This document shows positions 40,682-48,071 of a stretch of 64,000 nucleotides of DNA, one piece after another. This stretch comes from Pseudomonadota bacterium (GTDB lineage: Bacteria; Pseudomonadota; Gammaproteobacteria; Burkholderiales; Rhodocyclaceae). Below the pieces are notes generated by a model. That model searched no databases and had not been told where the DNA came from. It saw only the letters and a list, made by a program, of their open reading frames with translations. Both the position numbers and the translations under genes were made by a program. The DNA lies in the NCBI GenBank assembly GCA_022705135.1, contig JAKJFA010000001.1, positions 13,300 to 77,299 of the forward strand, written 5' to 3'. Position 1 is the stretch's first letter. Each line of letters begins with the position of its first letter.

Positions 40682-40711
40682 TTGACATATCATTATTGGT
40701 ATATACATAAT
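40682..40711 (+). promoter_or_regulatory. Candidate sigma-70 promoter of the toxin-antitoxin pair
   Basis: TTGACA-N18-CATAAT, containing the palindrome GTATATAC. It would give a nearly leaderless transcript, so it is only tentative. Confidence 0.35.
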
Positions 40712-40716
40712 GAGGC

Positions 40717-41001
40717 ATGTGGCAAATTCAGGAACACCGTCGCGTCGACAAACAGCTTTCAGACTCGGTTCCTATAGAGGTCTTGAAGCGATACGAGAAA
40801 TGGAAAGACATCGCCAGGCTTTCGGGGCCGAACGGACTACGGGTCATCAAAGGGTTTCACGATGAAGCGTTGTCTGGCGAATGGAAAGGCCATCGGTCTT
40901 CAAGGCTTGGACTCCAATGGCGTGTAATTTACCGAGTTGTAGCAAGAGTCTTATTGATCCAAGTGGTTAACGTTACTCCCCATGATTACAGGAGACCCTA
41001 G
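40717..41001 (+). CDS. RelE/ParE-superfamily (HigB-like) type II toxin
   Basis: 94 aa. ...GFHDEALSGEWKGHRSSRLGLQWRVIYRV...VVNVTPHDY pattern. Toxin-first order, with the antitoxin starting 1 nt after its stop codon. Confidence 0.75.
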   Translation: MWQIQEHRRVDKQLSDSVPIEVLKRYEKWKDIARLSGPNGLRVIKGFHDEALSGEWKGHRSSRLGLQWRVIYRVVARVLLIQVVNVTPHDYRRP

Positions 41002-41002
41002 A

Positions 41003-41257
41003 ATGAAAGAATTCCATCCTGCGAAAAAACGGGTTGAAGTCTCTGTGGGAGAGTCTGTTCGCATCCTGCGCGAACTTCAGGAGTTGAGCCAAACCCAGCT
41101 TTCCGAATTGACTGGCATCCCCCAAGCTACTATTTCGGCTATCGAGAATGGTCGCGTGAATTTGGGCGTTGAGCGCGCCAAGGTTCTCGCTCGTGCCCTC
41201 CAATGCCATCCGGCCGTCCTTGTATTCCCGGGTTGGGAGGTTCCTCTAGCGGCCTAA
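41003..41257 (+). CDS. XRE-family helix-turn-helix antitoxin
   Basis: ATG 41003 with GGAGA 7 nt upstream. LRELQELSQTQLSELTGIPQATISAIENGRVNLGVERAKVLARAL is an HTH_3 motif. Confidence 0.75.
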   Translation: MKEFHPAKKRVEVSVGESVRILRELQELSQTQLSELTGIPQATISAIENGRVNLGVERAKVLARALQCHPAVLVFPGWEVPLAA

Positions 41258-41556
41258 GATGTTTCTGCGAAGTTGCGACGATACTTGATGAAGCCACATT
41301 TTTCCGATCCGCCGAAACCAGCGCGCTCGAAGAAGCGATGCGCTTGCACACGATTGGCTGAACTGAGCAGCATGATCTTGGAGCAATCCTTGACAAGGCA
41401 GAACGCCTCGATGTGACGAAGCATCATCGTGCCTATTCCTTGACTGCGGGCCGTCGAAGAGACAATAACATTTTCTACGACTGCAAATGGTTGAGATTTG
41501 AACATGACGTCAGCGCACAAAGATACCAGTGCTGTGCCGCACAGCCCGGCGCACAA
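41254..41556 (-). pseudogene. 5'-truncated GNAT-family N-acetyltransferase
   Basis: Only the C-terminal ~100 aa are present (VENVIVSSTARSQGIGTMMLRHIE..., FFERAGF). The N-terminal ~45-70 aa expected for GNAT are missing. The reading frame abuts the potD stop (41558). Confidence 0.6.
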
Positions 41557-41557
41557 A

Positions 41558-42613
41558 TCACCTGACCTTGATTTCCGTCCAGATGCGCGACATCAGCCGG
41601 CGTTGCGCCGGCTCCAGGTCGCGCAGCATAGAGAGGCGCTGGCGGTCGGCGGCATTGGGAAAGATGGCCGTTTCGCCGGCGACTTCCGGGCGGATGTGCG
41701 GCAAGGCCGCCTGATTCGGGTTGCCGGCGCCAATCAGATTGGAGACATCGGCGGCATTTTCGCCGGACAGCATGAAATCGATGAAGCGATGCGCCAGATC
41801 GGGCCGCCGCGACGCCTTGTGGATGACGAAATTATCGACCGCCAGCACGGCGCCCTCTTTCGGAATCCTGAATTCAACAGAAAAAGGCCGATGTGCCGCC
41901 TTGGCATCCTCGCGCGCCCGGAACATGTCGTTGGAGTAGCCATGCGCCACCCAGATATTGCCGATGGCCAGATCCTTGATATAGGTGCTGTTGGAAAAGG
42001 CCGCCCAATAGGGCTTGGCGCGCAGGATCAGATCGCGCGCCGCCTGCCAGTGCAGCGGATCGGTATCCTGCGCCGGATGGCCCAGATAAAGCAGCGCCGC
42101 CGCCATCAATTCGCGCTGGCTGTTCAGTACCGTCACTTTGCCCTTCAATTTCTTCAGATAGGCCGGCTCGAAAATCAGCGCCCAGGTATCGGTCGGCAGG
42201 CCCAGTTCTTTCAGGCGTGTGGCGTTATAGCCGAGTAGGGTCACCGTGTAAGCATACGGCACCGAATAGCGGTTGCCCGAGTCGTACCAGGCATCGCGAT
42301 ACGCCGGATGGAGATTGCCGAAATGCGGTAATTGCTTCGGGTCGATGGGGCGCAATTCCTTCTTGCGGATCAGCGTTTCCACTGCATTGCCGGTCGGCAC
42401 CAGCAGATCGTAGCCGGTCGCGCCCGCTTCCAGCTTAGCCAGCATCTCCTCGTTGTCCGAATAGTAATCCTGCTTGAGCTTGCAACGGCACCAGGCCTCG
42501 AAACGGGCTGCGGTCTGCTCGGAAATGTAATTGTTCCAGTTGTACAGGTAGAGGACATCCTCGGCGCACGCCAGCGAGCACAACATCAGCAACAGAAGCG
42601 CCAGCCCTTTCAC
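41558..42613 (-). CDS. potD: Spermidine/putrescine ABC transporter periplasmic binding protein (PotD/PotF family)
   Basis: GTG 42613 overlaps the potC stop (GTGA). (V)KGLALLLLMLCSLACA signal peptide. LYLYNWNNYI, YDLLVPTG motifs. The 601-aa track ORF is a read-through artefact. Confidence 0.85.
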   Translation of the reverse strand: MKGLALLLLMLCSLACAEDVLYLYNWNNYISEQTAARFEAWCRCKLKQDYYSDNEEMLAKLEAGATGYDLLVPTGNAVETLIRKKELRPIDPKQLPHFGNLHPAYRDAWYDSGNRYSVPYAYTVTLLGYNATRLKELGLPTDTWALIFEPAYLKKLKGKVTVLNSQRELMAAALLYLGHPAQDTDPLHWQAARDLILRAKPYWAAFSNSTYIKDLAIGNIWVAHGYSNDMFRAREDAKAAHRPFSVEFRIPKEGAVLAVDNFVIHKASRRPDLAHRFIDFMLSGENAADVSNLIGAGNPNQAALPHIRPEVAGETAIFPNAADRQRLSMLRDLEPAQRRLMSRIWTEIKVR

Positions 42614-43386
42614 GACTTGCTCCGCCAGAGTTCGGGCGCAAAACGCGAGGCCAGCCCGATCAGCGTCAGGGTCAAGCCCATCAGCAAGGTCGAAATGGCA
42701 TTGATTTCCGGTGTCACCGCCACCTTGATCATCGAGTAGATCTGCAAGGGTAAGGTGGACATGCCCACCCCGGCAACGAAGAAGGTGATGACAAAATCGT
42801 CGATCGACAGCGTAAACGCCATCAAATAGCCGGCCACGATACCGGGCAGAATCAGCGGCAGCGTGATCCGCGTGAACGTGCGCCACGGACTGGCCCCCAA
42901 GTCGCGCGCTGCTTCGAAAATGCTTTCGTCCATTCCGGCCAGACGGGCGCGCACGATGATGGCGACAAAACCGATCGAGAAGGTGATATGCGCCACCAGA
43001 ATCGAGAACAGGCCCAGCGTCAGATCGAGCACCTGCCGGAAAAAAAGGAGCAGCGAAACACCCAACAAGATTTCCGGCATCGCCACCGGCGTCAGCACCA
43101 GAAAGGGCAACAGGCGCAGCCGCCAGCGATGCATCGCTATTCCGGCCATGGTGCCCAGCACGGTGGCGATCGAGCTGGAAACCAGCGCAATCAGCAACGA
43201 ATTGCCGGCCGCCTGCAACAACACCTCGTCGGCCAGCAGGCGGCTGTACCAGTGCGTCGTAAAACCGACCCAGGCCGCGTTCAATTCCGAATCGTTGAAG
43301 GAGAACAGCACCACGACTGCCAGCGGAAGGTATAGGAAGGCGTAGGTGGCCAGCGCCGCGCACCAGAGCAAGAAACCGCGTTTCAT
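42610..43386 (-). CDS. potC: Spermidine/putrescine ABC transporter permease
   Basis: 258 aa, six hydrophobic segments. EAA-loop-like IFEAARDLGASPWRTFTRITLP. Confidence 0.9.
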   Translation of the reverse strand: MKRGFLLWCAALATYAFLYLPLAVVVLFSFNDSELNAAWVGFTTHWYSRLLADEVLLQAAGNSLLIALVSSSIATVLGTMAGIAMHRWRLRLLPFLVLTPVAMPEILLGVSLLLFFRQVLDLTLGLFSILVAHITFSIGFVAIIVRARLAGMDESIFEAARDLGASPWRTFTRITLPLILPGIVAGYLMAFTLSIDDFVITFFVAGVGMSTLPLQIYSMIKVAVTPEINAISTLLMGLTLTLIGLASRFAPELWRSKS

Positions 43387-44255
43387 GTTCCGGCCCCCAG
43401 TTTGCCGGTGCGCCGACGGGTCAACACCGCAGAGAGCGCCGCCACCCCCAACACTGCCGCCGTCAGCCCGAGCGACAGACTGGCGCCGAGCGGCCAGTCG
43501 CGGTTATCGAGGAATTGCTCCTTGATCAGGTTGCCGATCAGGATGTCGCCGGTGCCGCCGAGCAGCTCCGGCACGGCGAACATGCCGAGCACGGGAATGA
43601 ACACCAGCGCCGCGCCGGAGAAGACGCCCGGCAGCGAGAGCGGAAAGGTGATGCGCCAGAAGCGCGTCCAGGCGCCGGCGCCCAGGTCCTGCGCTGCTTC
43701 GAGCAGCGCCGGGTCGTGCTTCTCCAGATTGGTATAGAGCGGCAGGACCATGAAAGGCAGATGCACATAGACCATGCCGAGGATCACCGCCACCGGGCTG
43801 TAGAGCAGGTTCATCGGCCCCAGAATCATAATCCAGGCGTAGATGCGGATGAGGAAATTGCTGGCAAAGGGCAAAATGACCAGGAGTACCAGAAAGTCGC
43901 GCTGGCGCTTCGGGCTGCGGGCAATCAGCAAGGCGACGGGAAAAGCCAGCAACAAACAAAACAGGGTGGTCAGCCCCGCCACTAGAAAGGATTTGGCCAG
44001 GATCCACAGATAGATGATGTCTTCGGCCAGAAAACGGTAGGCCTCCAGCGTCAAACCGCGCTCGGCCAACGGCGCCAGCCCACCAAATTCGCCCGGTTCG
44101 CGGAAGCTGGCGGCGACCATGATGAGCGACGGCAGCAGGAAAAAGATGACCAGAAAGAGCGAAGGCGGCAGGGTCACCAGCCAACGCGTCAGCCGATCGC
44201 CTTTCAGGAAGCACTGAAGAAAGCCCTTAGGCCAGAAGGAAAACGCCCGCATCAT
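43383..44255 (-). CDS. potB: Spermidine/putrescine ABC transporter permease
   Basis: LEAAQDLGAGAWTRFWRITFP EAA loop. The start is ATG 44255 or 44252 (GGAGG just upstream) and overlaps the potA 3' end. The longer track start is unlikely. Confidence 0.85.
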   Translation of the reverse strand: MMRAFSFWPKGFLQCFLKGDRLTRWLVTLPPSLFLVIFFLLPSLIMVAASFREPGEFGGLAPLAERGLTLEAYRFLAEDIIYLWILAKSFLVAGLTTLFCLLLAFPVALLIARSPKRQRDFLVLLVILPFASNFLIRIYAWIMILGPMNLLYSPVAVILGMVYVHLPFMVLPLYTNLEKHDPALLEAAQDLGAGAWTRFWRITFPLSLPGVFSGAALVFIPVLGMFAVPELLGGTGDILIGNLIKEQFLDNRDWPLGASLSLGLTAAVLGVAALSAVLTRRRTGKLGAGT

Positions 44256-45312
44256 GCCTCCATTCCACCTGTACCCGTTCGCCGATGTCGTGAAAGCGCG
44301 CCCGCCCCGGCGCTGCATTGGCCACCAGTGCCTCCAGTACCGTCCCGTTATCGAGGAGGATTTTGTAGACCGTCTCATCGCCGAGAAAGAGATATTCGCT
44401 GACTGTTCCCAGAAAACGGTTCTTCAAACTGGCCTGAACCGTCGCCGGCCCGACGCGCAGATATTCCGGGCGCAGCGCCAGAACACCATGCGTCCCGGCC
44501 GCAATTTCCGGATGTGCGGGCGCGGCGATTTCGCCCAATCCCTCCACGTTCAGGCGCAAACCGTGAGGGCTCGATTCGGCCACAAGGCAATTCAGCACAT
44601 TGATGTTGCCGATAAAATCGGCCACAAAGCGATTTTTCGGCGATGAATACAGCACTTCCGGCACATCAAGTTGTTCCACCCTGCCCGCATTCATCACGGC
44701 AATGCGATGCGACAAGGCCAGGGCTTCCTGCTGGGCGTGCGTAACAAACACAAAGGTCACCCCGACCTCACGCTGCAAGGCAACCAGTTCGCCCTGCATG
44801 CGCTCGCGCAACTTGGCATCAAGCGCACCCAAAGGCTCGTCAAGCAAGAGCACACGCGGCTTGTTGACCAACCCCCGCGCCAAGGCGACCCGCTGTTTCT
44901 GCCCGCCGGAAAGCTCATGCGGAAAAGCGCTTCCCTTGTCTTCCAGATGCACCAGTTCAAGCGTTTCCCTGACTCGCTGAAGGATTTCATCCGCCGGCCG
45001 GCCGATCATTTCGAGGGGAAAGGCGATATTGCCGGCCACCGTCAGGTGCGGAAACAAGGCATAACTCTGGAAGACCGTATGCACCGGCCGCTTTTCCGGC
45101 GCAATGCCGGACAGCGGCTTGCCGTCAAGAAACAATTCGCCTTCATCCGGCGCATCAAACCCGGCAATCATGCGCAGGATGGTGGTCTTGCCGCAACCGG
45201 AAGGTCCGAGCAGCGTGAAAAACTCGCCCGCTTCGATAGCAAGCGAAACCTCCTTGACCGCCTCCAGACGACCGAAGCGTTTGGTGATATTGCGCAATTC
45301 GAGCAGCGCCAT
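44227..45312 (-). CDS. potA: Spermidine/putrescine ABC transporter ATP-binding protein
   Basis: ATG 45312 (MALLELRNITKRFG). Walker A GPSGCGKTT, signature LSGGQKQRVALAR, Walker B LLLDEPLGALD. Confidence 0.95.
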   Translation of the reverse strand: MALLELRNITKRFGRLEAVKEVSLAIEAGEFFTLLGPSGCGKTTILRMIAGFDAPDEGELFLDGKPLSGIAPEKRPVHTVFQSYALFPHLTVAGNIAFPLEMIGRPADEILQRVRETLELVHLEDKGSAFPHELSGGQKQRVALARGLVNKPRVLLLDEPLGALDAKLRERMQGELVALQREVGVTFVFVTHAQQEALALSHRIAVMNAGRVEQLDVPEVLYSSPKNRFVADFIGNINVLNCLVAESSPHGLRLNVEGLGEIAAPAHPEIAAGTHGVLALRPEYLRVGPATVQASLKNRFLGTVSEYLFLGDETVYKILLDNGTVLEALVANAAPGRARFHDIGERVQVEWRHDAGVFLLA

Positions 45313-45496
45313 CCCTACCCCCAACGATGTTGGAAACGCACTTTCTAAGTATTTGCGCGGACATCGCCAGGGTCAAGCCGCTTTTTACCAGACTCCGATC
45401 TGGTCCGGCTTCACGAAAGCCAAACACTTGTGCCAAACTGTCAGTCTGACCAACCCCCATGCCGCTCGGATGGCGGCCCCAACCGGAGTTTTGCCG

Positions 45497-47977
45497 ATGA
45501 ACAGCCAGAAAATTGCCGAAAATTTTTACTGGGTCGGCGCGCTCGATCCCGATTTGCGGGTCTTCGACGTCATCATGCGCACCGAATTCGGGACCAGCTA
45601 CAACAGCTTCCTGCTGACGACGCCCAAGTACAAGGTGCTGTTCGAGACGGTCAAGATCAAGTTCTTCGATGGTTTCCTGCAGCGCCTCTCCGAGCATTGC
45701 GAACCGGTCGACATCGACTACATCGTCATCAATCATACCGAACCCGACCACAGCGGCTCGCTCGAAAAATTGCTGCAACTGGCGCCGAAGGCCAAAGTCG
45801 TCGCTTCGCCGGTCGCGCTCTCCTTCCTCTCCGACATCTGTAACCGCGAACTACCGGTACATCCGGCGCTCGACAATGGCGTGCTTGAACTCGACACCTG
45901 CCGGCTCAGATTCCTGTCGGTTCCCCTGCTGCACTGGCCGGACTCCATGTACACCTGGATCGAGGGACCGGACATCCTGGTCACCTGCGATTCCTTCGGC
46001 TGTCATTATGCCGACGAGCGCATCTGCAACGATCTGATCGAAGGCGATTTCCTTTCGGCCTATCGCTACTATTTCGAAATGATCATGGGGCCCTTCAAGC
46101 CCAATGTGCGCTATGCGCTCGAACGCATCAAAGACCTGCCCATCCGCATCATCGCCCCCGGCCATGGCCCGGTCTTGCGCAGCAATCTGGACTATTACCT
46201 CGACCTCTACCGCAAATGGAGCGACGACGACCGCCCGGCGCGCGGCCCGCTGCCCCGCGTCGTCATTCCCTATGTCTCCTGCTACGGCTACACCGAGCAG
46301 ATTGCCCATGAAATCAGCGCCGGAATCCGCGCCGAAATCGACGCCGACATCGCATTGCATGACATGGTGACGGCCGATGCCGACCAGGTCGCTGCCGAAC
46401 TCGCTGCTGCCGACGGCTTTCTATTTGGCTCGCCCACCATCAACGGCGATGCCTTGCCACCGGTGCAGGACCTCGTCATGCAACTGAACGGCGTGCTGCA
46501 GGGCGGCAAGGTCGCCGGCGCCTTCGGCGACTATGGCTGGAGCGGCGAAGGACCGCAGATGTTGATGGAGCGCTTGAAACTGCTGCGCATGAAGACCATC
46601 GAGCCGGCGCTCCGCATCAAGTTCAGGCCGAATGAAGAAAAGAAACTTGCGGCGCAAAACTATGGCCGCCGCTTCGGCCGCAAACTCAAGGAGGAATGGC
46701 AAAAAATCGGGACGACCGCCAGCGGCAGGACTTTCTGGAAATGTGTCGTCTGTGGCGAAATCTTCGAGGGCGCCCTGCCCCCGGATGTCTGCCCGGTGTG
46801 TGGCGCCGGGTCGGAAGCGTTTGTCGAATTCACTCCGGAAGTAGTCAACTTCCAGAGTGAAACACCCCTCAAACTGGTCATTATCGGCTCCGGCGCGGCT
46901 GCCGTGTTTGCGGCAGAAGCAGCGAGAAAGCGCAACCCCAAGGCGGAAATCGAAATCCACTCGCAGGAGAACGTTCTTCCTTACTACCGGCCACTCCTGA
47001 CCAAATCGCTGACCCGCGCCATCCCGGACAATGAGTTCTACCTCCACCCGGCGCATTTCTACGAGGAGCAGAATATCCGGTTCTGCCTCGATTCGCCCGT
47101 CAGCGCCATTGACCGGCAAGCCAAGACCATCACCGCCGGAGGAAACACCGTTTCCTACGACAAGCTCATCATCGCCACCGGCGCCGAATGCTTCATCCCG
47201 CCCATCAAAGGTGCCGACCTGCCGGAAGTGGTCGCCATCCGCAGTGCCGGAGACACGGCCAGGCTCAAGGCGATGATCGCCGAGGCCAAGAAGCGCATCG
47301 TCGTCATCGGTGGCGGCCTGCTCGGACTGGAGGCGGCCAGCGCCCTGCTCGATGCCGGACATGAAATAACGGTCATCGAGGCGGCGCCCTCGATCCTGCC
47401 GCGGCAACTCGACGCCGAAGGCAGCCCGGTCTTGCAAAACATCATCGCCAAAGCGCGCATGCGGCTGATCCTCGATGAATTCGTCGATGAAATCGAAGGC
47501 GACGAGCATGTCGTCCAGATCAAAACCAAGCGCGGCCAGGCCATTCCCTGCGACATCGTCATCATCTCGGCCGGTATCCGCACCAACACGGCGCTGGCCA
47601 AAGCTGCCGGTCTCAGGGTCGACCGTGGCATCCTCGTCAGTGACGGAATGCAGACTTCCGATCCCGACATTTTCGCCGCCGGCGATTGCGCTTCATTTGG
47701 CGGCAGGACGGAAGGACTGTGGGAACCCGCCATCGAACAGGGAAAAACGGCGGGCGCCAACGCGGTCGGCGACGCGATCCGCTACCACCCCAAGGAACTG
47801 GCGGCAACCCTGCACGCCTTCGGCAGCAAACTCTTCTCGCTCGGCGATCTCGGGCACGACCCCTCCGCCACCTACCGCCAAATCGGCAGCCGGGACGAGC
47901 TCCAGAGCACCTATAGCAAGTTCTATTTCCGCGACGGCAAGCTGGCCGGGGGGTTCTGCTCGGCGACACGCGCTTGA
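45497..47977 (+). CDS. Flavodiiron protein fused to rubredoxin and an NAD(P)H:rubredoxin-oxidoreductase-like module (self-contained O2/NO reductase); C-terminus apparently frameshifted
   Basis: ATG 45497 with GGAG 8 nt upstream. Diiron motif NHTEPDHSG. Flavodoxin-like VVIPYVSCYGYTEQIA. Rubredoxin WKCVVCGEIF...CPVCGAG. Two Rossmann motifs IIGSGAAAVFAA and VIGGGLLGLEAA. See the finding on the G6 run at 47948-47953; a frame-corrected end would be 48060. Confidence 0.85.
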   Translation: MNSQKIAENFYWVGALDPDLRVFDVIMRTEFGTSYNSFLLTTPKYKVLFETVKIKFFDGFLQRLSEHCEPVDIDYIVINHTEPDHSGSLEKLLQLAPKAKVVASPVALSFLSDICNRELPVHPALDNGVLELDTCRLRFLSVPLLHWPDSMYTWIEGPDILVTCDSFGCHYADERICNDLIEGDFLSAYRYYFEMIMGPFKPNVRYALERIKDLPIRIIAPGHGPVLRSNLDYYLDLYRKWSDDDRPARGPLPRVVIPYVSCYGYTEQIAHEISAGIRAEIDADIALHDMVTADADQVAAELAAADGFLFGSPTINGDALPPVQDLVMQLNGVLQGGKVAGAFGDYGWSGEGPQMLMERLKLLRMKTIEPALRIKFRPNEEKKLAAQNYGRRFGRKLKEEWQKIGTTASGRTFWKCVVCGEIFEGALPPDVCPVCGAGSEAFVEFTPEVVNFQSETPLKLVIIGSGAAAVFAAEAARKRNPKAEIEIHSQENVLPYYRPLLTKSLTRAIPDNEFYLHPAHFYEEQNIRFCLDSPVSAIDRQAKTITAGGNTVSYDKLIIATGAECFIPPIKGADLPEVVAIRSAGDTARLKAMIAEAKKRIVVIGGGLLGLEAASALLDAGHEITVIEAAPSILPRQLDAEGSPVLQNIIAKARMRLILDEFVDEIEGDEHVVQIKTKRGQAIPCDIVIISAGIRTNTALAKAAGLRVDRGILVSDGMQTSDPDIFAAGDCASFGGRTEGLWEPAIEQGKTAGANAVGDAIRYHPKELAATLHAFGSKLFSLGDLGHDPSATYRQIGSRDELQSTYSKFYFRDGKLAGGFCSATRA

Positions 47978-48071
47978 CCAACGCCCTGCTGATCGGTGTC
48001 AGCAAGGCGCTGACGCCTGAGGAGGCCATGGAGCACAAGCTGCTCCCCTGGCCGGAATAAGGCGACGCGGC

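Noticed and set aside
39546-40718. 390-aa minus-strand ORF
   Set aside because: Antisense to mutM (PELPEVE start, C-terminal zinc finger on the plus strand).
45104-45496. 5' extension of the flavodiiron ORF (track start 45104); similar long extensions occur at 41558-43363, 34627-35706, 54180-55412, 32896-34194, 10826-11014 and 11912-13048
   Set aside because: The extensions overlap neighbouring genes or read through them, and they translate to non-protein-like sequence. Internal starts with SD motifs reproduce the canonical N-termini (PotD signal peptide, L25 MQFEI, PagL signal peptide, Ych[10 protein letters not shown], RdgC MWFRNL).
46421-47509. 362-aa minus-strand ORF
   Set aside because: Antisense to the rubredoxin/reductase part of the flavodiiron fusion gene.
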